A DNA stretch of 64,000 bases from an uncultured delta proteobacterium. Its GTDB lineage: Bacteria > Desulfobacterota > Desulfuromonadia > Geobacterales > DSM-12255. The translations under genes were made by a program, and so were the position numbers. The notes beneath the pieces were generated by a model. That model saw nothing but the letters and a program-made list of their open reading frames with translations, was not told where the DNA came from and ran no database searches. The stretch covers positions 96,001-160,000 of the forward strand of contig CAWBBV010000024.1 in assembly GCA_963787125.1 (NCBI GenBank), read 5' to 3'. Within the stretch, counting starts at the first letter, position 1. Every line of letters begins with the position of its first letter. This document shows positions 29,805 to 40,495 of the stretch, piece by piece.

Positions 29805-30737
29805 GTGGCTGGAAAACCTAATAAGTTAAAGCAGTCTCGCAGCTCAGGGTCAACTTTCAGGTGGTGGCACCTGGTTATACTCATTGTTTTGATTACAGCC
29901 CTGTTCCTTTTTCTTGAACGACTTAAATCAGCTTATCAGAAAGGGGCAGGGCAGAAGCCATCGGTCGAAAGTACAGGGCCACTGGTAATAGTTACTCCTG
30001 ACCATCAACAGAAAAGCTATACAACCGTTTATCCAGCTACCAAAATGCCGGCTGCTCCAGCAGCTCGCCATCTTTCGGGCACTATGGCTATAATTGTAGA
30101 TGATATGGGGAGCAGTCTCAAAGAAGCAACTGAGCTGCTTGCCATTGATATTCCGTTAACCTTTTCAATAATACCTGGGCTGGCCAAGGTTAAAATTGTT
30201 GCTGAGGCGATAAAGTCTGCTGGCCGCGACATTATGGTGCATATTCCCATGGAGCCACAAGGGTACCCGCAGCAGAGGCTGGAGGCAAATGGTCTTCTGG
30301 TTTCTCTTTCTGATGAGGAGATCACTTCAAGAACAGTGTCAATGCTAAACGCTCTACCAGATGCTGTCGGCGCCAATAATCACATGGGGTCACGTTTTAC
30401 AGAGCATAAAGAGAAGATGTTGCCAGTGCTGCAGGTGTTGAAGGGCAGGGGACTGTTTTTTATAGACAGTCGGACTACCCCTAAGTCTACAGGTTATGCC
30501 GAGGCTGGGCGTATGGGGTTAAAGTCTGCCACGAGAAATGTATTTCTGGATAATAAGCAGGATGTTGCAGCGATAAAGAAACAACTTTACGTTGCCGCAG
30601 AGATGGCGAAGAAGAGTGGTGGGGTGATTGCGATCTGTCATCCCCATCCTGCAACTATTGCGGCTCTCAAAGAGGCGCTGCCTGAACTGCAGAGAGCCGG
30701 GGTGAAATTTGTTGCTGCAAGTGAACTTGTCAGGTAA
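29805..30737 (+). CDS. Divergent polysaccharide deacetylase (YibQ-like)
   Basis: AIIVDDMG, HIPMEP, GANNHMGS, FFIDSRT, RNVFLD, AICHP. Confidence 0.9.
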   Translation: MAGKPNKLKQSRSSGSTFRWWHLVILIVLITALFLFLERLKSAYQKGAGQKPSVESTGPLVIVTPDHQQKSYTTVYPATKMPAAPAARHLSGTMAIIVDDMGSSLKEATELLAIDIPLTFSIIPGLAKVKIVAEAIKSAGRDIMVHIPMEPQGYPQQRLEANGLLVSLSDEEITSRTVSMLNALPDAVGANNHMGSRFTEHKEKMLPVLQVLKGRGLFFIDSRTTPKSTGYAEAGRMGLKSATRNVFLDNKQDVAAIKKQLYVAAEMAKKSGGVIAICHPHPATIAALKEALPELQRAGVKFVAASELVR

Positions 30738-32172
30738 AAGATGCCGCAGCTTTTGCTTTCATAGCGACAAAACTTCTGTACTGATCTTTCTGTAGGATCT
30801 CCTCAGGAAACTCTGGACTCACCGGTTGAACCAGAACAAAAGCATCCCTGAAACTGTTGCCGTATCCTGCAAGTGTTGCTGACATAAGTGTGTAGAGTGG
30901 GCATTTTTCATCATGAAACATGCCGCCGGCGTGCTCCCTAAAGTTAAGGACTCTGCTGGTAAGAACTTTGCCACTGTTGTCCAGTCGTCTGAACTCAACC
31001 AGATTTCCACCGCTAGTCTCAATTACTCTGAAAGCGAAGAATGACTTTCTTGCCGATTCTATAAGCAGCAAGAATGTTGGATCATCATGATTTATCTCTC
31101 CCTTCATATTGAAAACAGAAGATGCCAGCAGCCGCAAAAAACAGTCATTTTCAAGGAATCCAGACTCGCTATTGTCTGAAGTTTCAAAGAAGTAGCCGGT
31201 ATTTGCTGTCGTATCATTCAGAATATCTTTACCACAGAAAAGACACTCTTTTTTTACTCCACCCATCTTTGCGATAAAAGCATCTTTCTCCCGCTGGTTT
31301 TCTGACGACATCCACTGATTAAAGAGAAGTGACCGCGGTTCTCCGGTTTTACTGTAATCTTCAAGGATCTCCCGTGCCAGAGCGGCAAACTGGCCGTGAA
31401 CGTCAGTCCCCTTGCCGTGAGTAAGAATAGGGTAAATCTTGCCGTCAGGGTTTGTATTGAGACTCTCGACTTTGGGGCTTTTTGAGATATAGACATCGTG
31501 ACAGCGATAACCTCTGTTAATGGCAAACGCCCGGAGCAGGGTTTTCTGGTCGGCGAACATACCGTCAAACTTTATCCTCTCATCAATAAGGCACGGTACA
31601 AGGACCAGGCTCTTTTTATCAAGTCCGCGCTTGTCGAAAAGTGAAAAGATGTTCTTGCAGTTCTCAAGGCTCGGCATATCCTTAACCGGGATTAGTACCC
31701 TGTCTGCAGCATAGAGAGCATTTTCTGTTAGTGTTTCAAGGTCAGGCCTTGTGTCAATAATGAGAATTCCGGGAATATCCGAGACAGCAAGATGTCTTGC
31801 TATGTCCATCGGACTTTTTATCTGGCTTTTTTCTTTTGTCAGGTTAGCGGATGACGATATGAAATTAACCCCATACTGGCCTGTCTGGAGAAGATCCGCA
31901 CCTTTCTCACCGGTTATGAAATCTGCAACTGTCTTGGAGGGAAGTAACTGCCTGATAGTAAACATCTTGTCAATAGTGAAGTGGTTATCGAAAGATAGGA
32001 TAGTTACGGGGATGTTTTCATTGAGTGCTTTCAGGAAAATAGCGAGATTAGTCGCGAGTGTAGTTTTACCAACCCCACCTTTTTCCGAGGATACTGTTAT
32101 GACGTAAGGGAAATTTTTAGGTTGGATATTTTGATCTTCCATCTGAGCCGCCGATAAACCGCCATATTCCAT
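30730..32172 (-). CDS. ParA/MinD-family ATPase with about 200-aa C-terminal extension
   Basis: Deviant Walker A EKGGVGKTT, IIDTRP; extension contains CLFC. Confidence 0.85.
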   Translation of the reverse strand: MEYGGLSAAQMEDQNIQPKNFPYVITVSSEKGGVGKTTLATNLAIFLKALNENIPVTILSFDNHFTIDKMFTIRQLLPSKTVADFITGEKGADLLQTGQYGVNFISSSANLTKEKSQIKSPMDIARHLAVSDIPGILIIDTRPDLETLTENALYAADRVLIPVKDMPSLENCKNIFSLFDKRGLDKKSLVLVPCLIDERIKFDGMFADQKTLLRAFAINRGYRCHDVYISKSPKVESLNTNPDGKIYPILTHGKGTDVHGQFAALAREILEDYSKTGEPRSLLFNQWMSSENQREKDAFIAKMGGVKKECLFCGKDILNDTTANTGYFFETSDNSESGFLENDCFLRLLASSVFNMKGEINHDDPTFLLLIESARKSFFAFRVIETSGGNLVEFRRLDNSGKVLTSRVLNFREHAGGMFHDEKCPLYTLMSATLAGYGNSFRDAFVLVQPVSPEFPEEILQKDQYRSFVAMKAKAAASFT

Positions 32173-32221
32173 GAATAAAAACAGCCATTCAGATAGTTAT
32201 CTAAATGGCTGCTATTATTAG

Positions 32222-32308
32222 TGGTGCCGAAGACTGGACTCGAACCAGCACACCCTTGCGAGCACAAGAACCTGAATCTTGCGTGTCTACCAATTCCACC
32301 ACTTCGGC
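32222..32308 (-). tRNA. tRNA-Leu(CAG)
   Basis: GCCGAAGTGGTGGAATTGGTAGACAC...TT-CAG-GT..., long variable arm, GGTTCGAGTCC, encoded CCA. Confidence 0.95.
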
Positions 32309-32356
32309 GCGGAAATATTATCTATCATGAAGAGCACTCATCCTGCAAGAACTTTT

Positions 32357-33136
32357 TCATTTATTGAGGGGTCGTTTGCGGAATGGGGCAGGTCTTGAGG
32401 GTTGCTCAGGATGCAGTACCGTGTTAATACCAACAAGCATTTTAGCTTCCGCAGGCTCAAGGAGCCTGTATTCGCCGGTTTTTAACTCTCCGAGGAGGAT
32501 GTTCCCATAGCGTACTCTTTTGAGCTTGACGAGGGGGAGATCTACAGCTTCACACATTCTTCTAACTTGCCTGTAACGGCCTTCATGAATAGTCATGGTA
32601 AACCAGACATTTTTTTCAAGAACTCTGACAATTTCGATTTTGGCAGGAGCTGTCAATCCGTCTTCAAGCTTTACCCCACTGGTGAGAAGGGTAATTTTGT
32701 CACTACTAAGGGCACCGCGAATCTTTATAAGGTATTCTTTTTCGACTTCATGGCTTGGGTGAGCCAGGCGATTGGCCCACTCACCGTCATTTGTCAGCAG
32801 CAGCAGTCCTTCAGTATTAAAGTCAAGTCGGCCGACCGGGAAGAGTCTCTCAGGGATACCTTTCAAAAGTTCTGTAACCACAGGACGTCCGCTAGGGTCA
32901 GCCATCGTAGTCACATAGCCGGCAGGTTTGTTCAAGAGCAAGTAAATCCTCTTTTTGGGGACAGAGATCGGTTTTCCGTCAACGGTAATCTTGTCAGTTT
33001 CAGGGTCAGCCTTGCTGCCGAGTTCAGTAACAATCTGTCCATTGACTGACACTCGGCCGGCAGTGATCATGACTTCTGCTGAACGTCTTGATGTTATTCC
33101 TGCGCTGGAGATTATTTTCTGCAATCTTTCTTGCAT
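32357..33136 (-). CDS. rluB: 23S rRNA pseudouridine synthase (RluB/RsuA family, S4 domain)
   Basis: ERLQKII, NKPAGYV, VGRLD, EGLLLLTNDG, EGRYRQVRRM. Confidence 0.88.
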   Translation of the reverse strand: MQERLQKIISSAGITSRRSAEVMITAGRVSVNGQIVTELGSKADPETDKITVDGKPISVPKKRIYLLLNKPAGYVTTMADPSGRPVVTELLKGIPERLFPVGRLDFNTEGLLLLTNDGEWANRLAHPSHEVEKEYLIKIRGALSSDKITLLTSGVKLEDGLTAPAKIEIVRVLEKNVWFTMTIHEGRYRQVRRMCEAVDLPLVKLKRVRYGNILLGELKTGEYRLLEPAEAKMLVGINTVLHPEQPSRPAPFRKRPLNK

Positions 33137-33217
33137 GAGTTAAGTATCCTTGAAAATAAGAAAGGCTCAGTTCACTCTGCCCGGATTGGAACTGAGATGA
33201 AAAGAGCCTGTTCTAAT

Positions 33218-33294
33218 TGGTGGCGGTGCAGGGACTTGAACCCCGGACCTAGCGAATATGAGTCGCTTGCTCTAGCCAGCTGAGCTACACCGCC
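33218..33294 (-). tRNA. tRNA-Met(CAT), probably elongator
   Basis: GGCGGTGTAGCTCAGCTGGCTAGAGC...CT-CAT-AT...GGTTCAAGTCC...CCA; paired G1-C72, so not the initiator. Confidence 0.9.
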
Positions 33295-33306
33295 GAAATT
33301 TTAAAA

Positions 33307-33383
33307 TGGGGTGGCCAGAGGGGATCGAACCCTCGAATGTACGAGTCACAGTCGTAAGTGTTAACCGCTTCACCATGGCCACC
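33307..33383 (-). tRNA. tRNA-His(GTG)
   Basis: Encoded G-1, anticodon CT-GTG-AC, GGTTCGATCCC, ends CCCCA. Confidence 0.93.
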
Positions 33384-33625
33384 ATAAGTTGAATTTGTCA
33401 AAGGTCTTTGCTAGCGCCAATTGCGCTGCGAAATAAACAAGAAATCCTTATATCCAAGAATAGGCTTTTTGTCAATCCAATATTTTGATTTTATGTGAAT
33501 GTTTTATTTCATGCTGAGTCAGAAATTGCTACTCTACAATGATTGTTCTTGCAAAACCCAGACTAATAGTTTAATAGAATCCACGGTATTGAGGGATATT
33601 AATAGCATGCATTCTCTGTTTGCGG

Positions 33626-33653
33626 TTGACAAATCCAGCCGTTTAATTATACT
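33626..33653 (+). promoter_or_regulatory. Sigma70 promoter of the yceD-rpmF-plsX-fab operon
   Basis: TTGACA-N16-TATACT about 35 bp upstream of the yceD start. Confidence 0.65.
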
Positions 33654-33686
33654 ACACGTTTAAAATAACCTGGATAGGAAACTGAA

Positions 33687-34223
33687 TTGAAGATTCGGGT
33701 CGCTGACATATCGGATAAGGAGAAATCTCTAGTAGCAGTTGAGGCCATAACTTTTTATCCCACGCTGGTGCAAGCTCAGGACGCTGGCGAGTGTCAGTTT
33801 CTTTCGCCAATAAACACCTCATTGTCAGTTGTGCGTGAGTTTGATCATATTCGTCTTCACGGGTCTGTTGCCACAACTGTCAGTCTGACATGTTCAAGAT
33901 GTCTGGCTGAGTACACACCTGATATATCTTCAGTGTTTACTATTTTTTATAGTAAATCTACTACTGCGCAGCCAGAGGTTGAAGTTGAACTGGGCGAACA
34001 GGATCTTGTTTCAGTAACATATTCAGGTGACGAGATAGATTTTTCCAATGAAGTTGCCGAGCAGATACTGCTTGAGCTACCCTACAAACCATTATGCTCC
34101 GAAGAGTGTAAGGGTTTGTGTCCTTCATGTGGAACCGATCTTAATATTTCAGACTGCAAATGCAGCAAAAAAGCAGTCTCTATGGCATTCAGCTCTCTAA
34201 ATGAGTTGAAGGTAAAACATTAA
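33687..34223 (+). CDS. yceD: YceD/DUF177 family protein
   Basis: CSRCL, PLCSEECKGLCPSCG; upstream of rpmF. Confidence 0.9.
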   Translation: MKIRVADISDKEKSLVAVEAITFYPTLVQAQDAGECQFLSPINTSLSVVREFDHIRLHGSVATTVSLTCSRCLAEYTPDISSVFTIFYSKSTTAQPEVEVELGEQDLVSVTYSGDEIDFSNEVAEQILLELPYKPLCSEECKGLCPSCGTDLNISDCKCSKKAVSMAFSSLNELKVKH

Positions 34224-34235
34224 AGGAGAAAATTT

Positions 34236-34418
34236 ATGGCAGTACCCAAGAAAAAGACATCCAAGTCGCGCAAAAATATGAGAAGGGCTCACGATTTTCT
34301 GACCCCTCAGTCTGTTTCAACCTGTCCGCAGTGCAAATCTGCCAAGCTGCCCCACCGTGTATGCCCAACTTGTGGCACATATAAAGGCAAAGAAGTAATT
34401 AAAACCGAAGAAGTTTAA
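34236..34418 (+). CDS. rpmF: 50S ribosomal protein L32 (Zn-binding form)
   Basis: [16 protein letters not shown]...PHRVCPTCG. Confidence 0.97.
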   Translation: MAVPKKKTSKSRKNMRRAHDFLTPQSVSTCPQCKSAKLPHRVCPTCGTYKGKEVIKTEEV

Positions 34419-34445
34419 TCCCATCTCTGCACAGCATATATGCAT

Positions 34446-35486
34446 ATGAGAATCGCTGTAGATGCCATGGGTGGCGATAATGCGCCAAAGGTCGAAGTTG
34501 AGGGTGCTGTGGCTGCCGCTCGTCTATTTTCGATCCCTGTCACTTTGGTTGGTGACAAAGATCTTCTGACAACAGAGTTGTCACGGCATAATACTAACGG
34601 TCTTGACATCATGATTCATCATGCCAGTGAAGTTATAGGGATGCATGATTCAGCATCTGATGCCATTAGAAAGAAAAAGGACTCGTCAATAAGGGTTGCT
34701 TTCGACCTTGTCAAGTCAGGTCAAGCTGTAGCTGTTGTCAGTGCGGGTAATTCCGGTGCCACTATGGCTGCCGGCATGTTTGTGCTGAAAAGGCTGAACG
34801 GTATAGACCGACCGGCGATAGCACAGGTTTTTCCAACCCTTCGCGGTCATACCCTTGTTCTTGATATTGGTGGTAATGTTGACTGCAAACCCCTTCACCT
34901 TGTTCAGTTTGCGATTATGGGTGAAGTTTATGCGCGTCACATTCTCGGTATTCCCAAGCCGAAAGTCGGGCTTCTTTCCAACGGTGAAGAGGACTCCAAG
35001 GGTAACGATCTTACCAGAGAAACGAACCAGATTCTGAAAGAGATTGCTTTCGAATATGAGGGTTATATAGAGGGCAGAGATATCTTTGCAGATAAAGTCG
35101 ATGTTGTTGTCTGCGACGGTTTTGTAGGCAATATTGTACTGAAGCTTTCTGAGGGGCTTGCCGAGGCAGTTGGTGCGATGTTGCGTGAAGAGATCAAAAA
35201 GAGTTTAATTTGTAAAATTGGATACCTCCTTTCCCGCCCAGCTTTTGCAAGATTCAAAAAGAAGGTTGACTATGCTGAATACGGCGGAGCCCCCCTTCTC
35301 GGTATTAACGGTGTCGGCATGATCTGCCACGGTGGATCTAATGTGAAAGCTATCAAGAATGCCATAAAGTTTGCTGCAGATTATGCTGAAAAGGGTGTAA
35401 ACCAGCGGATGGCGGAGAAAATACAGGAAAACTTCACTATTTACTCGCAACAACGCGAAATTGTCAAAGAATCACCTACATTCTGA
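34446..35486 (+). CDS. plsX: Phosphate acyltransferase PlsX
   Basis: [36 protein letters not shown]. Confidence 0.96.
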   Translation: MRIAVDAMGGDNAPKVEVEGAVAAARLFSIPVTLVGDKDLLTTELSRHNTNGLDIMIHHASEVIGMHDSASDAIRKKKDSSIRVAFDLVKSGQAVAVVSAGNSGATMAAGMFVLKRLNGIDRPAIAQVFPTLRGHTLVLDIGGNVDCKPLHLVQFAIMGEVYARHILGIPKPKVGLLSNGEEDSKGNDLTRETNQILKEIAFEYEGYIEGRDIFADKVDVVVCDGFVGNIVLKLSEGLAEAVGAMLREEIKKSLICKIGYLLSRPAFARFKKKVDYAEYGGAPLLGINGVGMICHGGSNVKAIKNAIKFAADYAEKGVNQRMAEKIQENFTIYSQQREIVKESPTF

Positions 35487-35498
35487 AAGAGGTTTCTG

Positions 35499-36476
35499 AT
35501 GCGTTGCAGGGTGGTCGGTACAGGTTCGGCAGTGCCGGACAAAGTCCTTACTAATCATGATCTTGAAAGGATGGTGGACACTACCGACGAATGGATAACT
35601 ACCCGCACCGGCATTAAAGAGCGGCGGATAGCTTCTGCCGACGAGTTTACCTCAACGCTTGCAACCAGTGCAGCATTGAATGCGTTACTGATGGCAAACG
35701 TTTCGCCGCTTGAGCTAGATATGATCATTGTTGCCACTGTTACTCCAGATTATGCGTTTCCATCTACTGCGGTTCTTCTGCAGAACAACCTCAAGGCAGT
35801 CAATGCCACGGCATTTGATATCTCGGCGGCCTGTTCAGGTTTCATTTATGCACTCACGATTATAGAGAAGTTTATCCTTTCCGGTTCTGTGAAAAGAGCT
35901 CTCGTTGTTGGGGCAGAAGTTCTCTCCAGAATTGTTGACTGGACAGATCGGAACAGTTGTGTTCTTTTTGGCGATGGTGCAGGTGCAGTTGTTGTGCAGG
36001 CTGATACCGGTCGTGCTGGCATTTTGGATACGTTTATGATGAGCGATGGCTCACACTGGGATCTTCTTTTTCAGCCTGCGCCAGGGAACCGTAACCCTGT
36101 TAGCCACATGGTTGTTGATGAACGATTGGCTTTTATCCGGATGCAAGGGAACGAGGTATTTAAATTTGCTGTTAGGGCGATGGAAGATGCAGCAATCAAG
36201 GTGCTCTCTGCAGGTGAGATGACCGCTGTAGATGTTGACCTTTTTATACCTCATCAGGCAAACAAACGCATAATTGATGCAATCGGCAAGCGGATTGGAG
36301 TTCCTGAAGATAAAGTTTACACGAATATTGATCGTTTCGGTAACACGTCTTCTGCTTCAATTCCCCTGGCACTGGACGAAGTGAACCGGAAAGGTTCGCT
36401 CAACCCGGATGATATTATTCTGCTCGATGCCTTTGGTGGCGGTCTGACTTGGGGTGCGGTTACTATTCGGTGGTAA
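35499..36476 (+). CDS. fabH: 3-oxoacyl-ACP synthase III
   Basis: AACSGF, FGDGAGA, PHQAN, GNTSSAS, FGGGLTWG. Confidence 0.96.
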   Translation: MRCRVVGTGSAVPDKVLTNHDLERMVDTTDEWITTRTGIKERRIASADEFTSTLATSAALNALLMANVSPLELDMIIVATVTPDYAFPSTAVLLQNNLKAVNATAFDISAACSGFIYALTIIEKFILSGSVKRALVVGAEVLSRIVDWTDRNSCVLFGDGAGAVVVQADTGRAGILDTFMMSDGSHWDLLFQPAPGNRNPVSHMVVDERLAFIRMQGNEVFKFAVRAMEDAAIKVLSAGEMTAVDVDLFIPHQANKRIIDAIGKRIGVPEDKVYTNIDRFGNTSSASIPLALDEVNRKGSLNPDDIILLDAFGGGLTWGAVTIRW

Positions 36477-36505
36477 CATTTACTTAGAGCTAAGAGAGGA
36501 ATTCA

Positions 36506-37432
36506 ATGTCAAAAATAGCTTTCATATTCCCCGGTCAGGGTTCTCAATATGCCGGCATGGGAAAAGATCTAGTCGATAACTTCAGAATTGCAAAAGATAC
36601 TTTTGCCGAAGCTGACGATGCTCTTGGGTTTAAGCTGTCAGCACTCTGTTTTAACGGTCCAGAAGAAGATCTGAAACTTACTATGAACACCCAGCCGGCG
36701 ATTCTGGCCGTCAGTGTTGCCGCTCTCCGAGTTTTACAAGCGGAAAGTGATATAAAAGCTGACTTTCTTGCCGGTCATTCGCTCGGGGAGTATTCAGCCC
36801 TGGTCGCTGCAGGGGCATTCACTCTTTTTGATGCTCTGCGGACAGTCCGTTTGCGCGGTAAATTCATGCAGGAGGCTGTCCCTGTTGGGGTTGGTGCCAT
36901 GGCTGCGATACTCTCTGTTGAGGAGGATATTCTTGCTGAAATCTGCCAAGAGGCTGCTCAGGGCGAGATCGTTGCACCGGCAAACTTCAACTCTCCCGGC
37001 CAGATTGTTATTGCCGGTCATGCAACGGCAGTGAACCGGGCGATCGAAATTGCCAAGGCACGTGGTTTCAGGAAGGCCATGCTTCTTCCGGTAAGTGCGC
37101 CGTTTCACTCTGCGCTAATGATTCCCGCAGGCGAGCGTCTTGCCGAGGTGCTCCAGCAGGCTGAGATTACGGCGATGCAGATTCCGGTTATCTCTAATGT
37201 TGAGGCAACAGCGAATCAGGATTTTGCCCGAATCAGAGACCTTCTTGTAGCCCAGGTCAGTGCACCGGTAAAGTGGGATTCATCAGTGCGGGAAATGGTC
37301 GGTTTAGGTGTCTCATCCTTTATTGAAATCGGTCCAGGTAAAGTACTGTCAGGTCTTATGAAGCGTATTGATAAACAGGTAGTAACAGCTAACATTGAAG
37401 ACTCTGCCAGCCTGAAGGCTCAGCTGAGTTAA
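36506..37432 (+). CDS. fabD: Malonyl-CoA:ACP transacylase
   Basis: FPGQGSQ, GHSLGEY, SAPFHS. Confidence 0.96.
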   Translation: MSKIAFIFPGQGSQYAGMGKDLVDNFRIAKDTFAEADDALGFKLSALCFNGPEEDLKLTMNTQPAILAVSVAALRVLQAESDIKADFLAGHSLGEYSALVAAGAFTLFDALRTVRLRGKFMQEAVPVGVGAMAAILSVEEDILAEICQEAAQGEIVAPANFNSPGQIVIAGHATAVNRAIEIAKARGFRKAMLLPVSAPFHSALMIPAGERLAEVLQQAEITAMQIPVISNVEATANQDFARIRDLLVAQVSAPVKWDSSVREMVGLGVSSFIEIGPGKVLSGLMKRIDKQVVTANIEDSASLKAQLS

Positions 37433-37444
37433 CCCGGAGGTACT

Positions 37445-37876
37445 ATGCTTGATGTAAATGAGATAATGAAGCTTCTCCCGCACCGCTATCCTTTTTTGTT
37501 GGTTGATAGAGTTATTGAGATCGATCCCGGGAAAAAAATTGTCGGTCTCAAAAATGTTACCATGAACGAGCCTTTTTTCCCCGGTCATTTCCCTGGTCAT
37601 CCGGTCATGCCTGGGGTCTTGATTGTTGAAGCAATGGCACAGGTCGCTGCTATTCTTGTTTACAGCTCCTCCGAAGAAAACAAAGATAAGATTACCTATT
37701 TCGTCGGCATAGATAATACTAAGTTCCGCAAACCTGTTGTGCCTGGAGATCAGATCCGTCTGGAACTTGAGGTGATAGGTTGCCGTCGCGGAATATGGAG
37801 TTTTGCCGGCAAGGCCTTTGTTGATGGCAAACTGGTGACTGAATCTGAGCTCCGCGCTACGTTTGCTGATAAATAG
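37445..37876 (+). CDS. fabZ: 3-hydroxyacyl-ACP dehydratase
   Basis: LPHRYPFLLVD, GHFP..PVMPGVLIVEAMAQ. Confidence 0.96.
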   Translation: MLDVNEIMKLLPHRYPFLLVDRVIEIDPGKKIVGLKNVTMNEPFFPGHFPGHPVMPGVLIVEAMAQVAAILVYSSSEENKDKITYFVGIDNTKFRKPVVPGDQIRLELEVIGCRRGIWSFAGKAFVDGKLVTESELRATFADK

Positions 37877-37907
37877 AGCTTCTAACTGACAAAGGAGATA
37901 CTTTAAC

Positions 37908-38645
37908 ATGCCTACAGGGAAGATTGCTGTTATTACAGGTGCATCAAGAGGGATAGGTAGGAGCATTTCACTGGCTCTTTCTGCTGCCGGCGCAACAATT
38001 GTTGCCATGGACATGGATCAGGCCGCAACGGATGCGGTCGTTGCCGAACTGAAAGCGGCGGGGGGGAATGCCATTGCCGTAGTCGGAAATGTTACTGTTC
38101 CTGATGATGCCGAGAGAATGATTGATGCTGCTGTCAAAGAGTTCGGCAGAGTTGATATCCTCGTTAACAATGCAGGGATAACCCGTGACGGAATTTTCCT
38201 CCGGATGAAAGAAGAAGACTGGGATGCCGTCCTGAGTGTCAACCTCAAGGGTGCTTTCCTCTGCAGTCGTGCTGCATCCAAGGTTATGGCCAAACAAAGA
38301 TCAGGCCGGATAATTAATATTGCATCAATTGTCGGTCAGATGGGGAATGCCGGGCAGGCAAATTACTGCGCCAGCAAAGCAGGCCTGATAGGTTTAACAA
38401 AATCAAATGCCCGTGAACTCGCCAAAAGAAATATTACGGTCAATGCTGTTGCTCCCGGCTTTATCGCAACTGCCATGACCGATGCTCTTCCCGAAAAAGT
38501 AAAGGCTGATCTCACAGCCCAGATACCCATGGAGCGTCTTGGTAGTGCAGATGATATTGCCAATGCGGTTCTATTTCTTGCTTCAGAGGCTGCCGGGTAT
38601 ATTACCGGACATGTGTTGGCTGTAAATGGCGGCATGTACATGTAA
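37908..38645 (+). CDS. fabG: 3-oxoacyl-ACP reductase
   Basis: TGASRGIG, NNAGITRD, YCASK. Confidence 0.96.
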   Translation: MPTGKIAVITGASRGIGRSISLALSAAGATIVAMDMDQAATDAVVAELKAAGGNAIAVVGNVTVPDDAERMIDAAVKEFGRVDILVNNAGITRDGIFLRMKEEDWDAVLSVNLKGAFLCSRAASKVMAKQRSGRIINIASIVGQMGNAGQANYCASKAGLIGLTKSNARELAKRNITVNAVAPGFIATAMTDALPEKVKADLTAQIPMERLGSADDIANAVLFLASEAAGYITGHVLAVNGGMYM

Positions 38646-38798
38646 TCCCTAGTAATATTTAATAGCTGGTGAAAACTAGTTGTTTTTAATGGCAGAAAAA
38701 TATATTGCTTTTTCCGCTAATCATGATAAGAAGCAAGTCGGCTTTATCAAAAACTCAAACATCCTCACAAGGGAAACTACAAAACGGAGGTAACAGTA

Positions 38799-39029
38799 AT
38801 GTCGGTAGAGAAAAGGATCAAAGAGATCGTTGCAGAGCAGCTTGGTGTTGAAGAATCACAAGTAACCAACGAAGCCTCCTTCATGGACGATCTCGGTGCA
38901 GACTCACTCGATACTGTAGAGCTTGTAATGGCTCTTGAAGAGGAGTTTGACATCGAAATCTCCGACGAGAATGCAGAGAAAATTCAAACTGTTCAGGATG
39001 CTATTGATTACATCACCGAGCACACCTAG
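38799..39029 (+). CDS. acpP: Acyl carrier protein
   Basis: [20 protein letters not shown]. Confidence 0.97.
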   Translation: MSVEKRIKEIVAEQLGVEESQVTNEASFMDDLGADSLDTVELVMALEEEFDIEISDENAEKIQTVQDAIDYITEHT

Positions 39030-39262
39030 ACAATCCCGACGGCCTTACAAAAAGTCCATCTGCTCATAAAGGCGAAACATTAACACCGGAACCTAAATTC
39101 GCTCTGGTTGCATTTTGCTGACTGTTTGCAGTTGGAACTTTTTGTTTGCCGCTGTGTTGTTTGTTTGGAAACGAGTCAAATAAAAAGGTTATCCGAATAC
39201 AGTTCTGAGCCGGGATTATAAGTTGAAATCACGCAGGGACAGTATTCCAGGAGCATCATATT

Positions 39263-40495
39263 ATGAGAAGAGTTGTAATTACCGGCGTCGGGGTAGTTTC
39301 CCCGCTCGGGATCGGAAATTCTGAGAACTGGGCAAATGTTACTGCCGGGAAATCTGGTATTGCTCATATCACCCGCTTTGATACGACCGATTTTCCGGTG
39401 AAGATTGCCGGAGAAGTTAAGAACTTTGACCCGGATCAGTTCATCGATAAAAAAGAGGTTAAAAAGATGGACCTCTTTATCCAGTATTCACTAGCAGCTG
39501 CACATTTCGCGATGGAAGATTCTGGTTTGGTTATTGATGAGTCGAATGCCGAACGTGTCGGTGTTCTTGTCGGCGCCGGACTTGGCGGCCTTCCGTCTAT
39601 CGAGAAATATCATGACGCAGTGAGAGAAGGCGGCTACAAGAAAATATCGCCGTTTTTTATACCAATGCTGATTATTAATCTTGCTCCGGGGCATATTTCG
39701 ATCAAATACGGTGCTAAAGGGCCGAATGTCTCCTCAGTTACTGCCTGTGCTACCGGCACTCACTCGATTGGCGATGCTTTCCATATGATCAAACGCGGTG
39801 ACGCTGACGCAATGATTGCCGGTGGTACCGAGTCAGTTGTTTCTCCTCTGGCAATAGGCGGCTTTGCTGTGATGAAGGCTCTTTCGACAAATAATGATAA
39901 CCCTGAAGGGGCTTCCAGGCCTTTTGAGAAAAGTCGTGACGGTTTCATTCTTGCTGAAGGTGCCGGAATTGTTGTCCTTGAAGAGTATGAATCAGCGAAG
40001 AAACGTGGTGCCAAGATTTACGCAGAAGTTGTCGGTTACGGACTGACTGGCGACGCCCATCACCTGACTGCACCGGCACCCGGTGGCGAGGGTGCTGCCC
40101 GTTGTATGAAAATGGCTCTAAAGGGTGCCGGTGTAAATCCTGAAGAAGTCACTTACATTAACGCTCACGGTACATCTACACATTTCAATGATCTTTACGA
40201 AACTATGGCCATCAAATCAGTGTTCGGTGATCATGCCAAGAAGCTTATGGTCTCTTCTACAAAGTCGATGACAGGGCATCTCCTGGGGGCTGCAGGCGGA
40301 GTGGAAGCAGCATTCTGCGCTTTAGCGATGACAGAGGGAGTTGTTCCACCTACCATTAATTATCAGGAGCAGGACCCTGAATGTGACCTTGATTATGTTC
40401 CGAATACTGCGCGTCAGGTTGATGTGAAGTATGCCATGAGCAATTCTTTTGGTTTTGGCGGCACAAATGCCACCCTGTTGTTTAAAAAGCTATGA
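39263..40495 (+). CDS. fabF: 3-oxoacyl-ACP synthase II
   Basis: [32 protein letters not shown]. Confidence 0.96.
   Translation: MRRVVITGVGVVSPLGIGNSENWANVTAGKSGIAHITRFDTTDFPVKIAGEVKNFDPDQFIDKKEVKKMDLFIQYSLAAAHFAMEDSGLVIDESNAERVGVLVGAGLGGLPSIEKYHDAVREGGYKKISPFFIPMLIINLAPGHISIKYGAKGPNVSSVTACATGTHSIGDAFHMIKRGDADAMIAGGTESVVSPLAIGGFAVMKALSTNNDNPEGASRPFEKSRDGFILAEGAGIVVLEEYESAKKRGAKIYAEVVGYGLTGDAHHLTAPAPGGEGAARCMKMALKGAGVNPEEVTYINAHGTSTHFNDLYETMAIKSVFGDHAKKLMVSSTKSMTGHLLGAAGGVEAAFCALAMTEGVVPPTINYQEQDPECDLDYVPNTARQVDVKYAMSNSFGFGGTNATLLFKKL

Noticed and set aside
32222..33383. tRNA-anchored genomic island or prophage
   Set aside because: No integrase or duplicated tRNA 3' end; flanked by housekeeping genes.
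37349..38014. 221-aa minus-strand ORF and similar long antisense ORFs (4999-5697, 23135-23809, 57639-58355)
   Set aside because: Antisense to well-supported genes and with no recognisable motifs.
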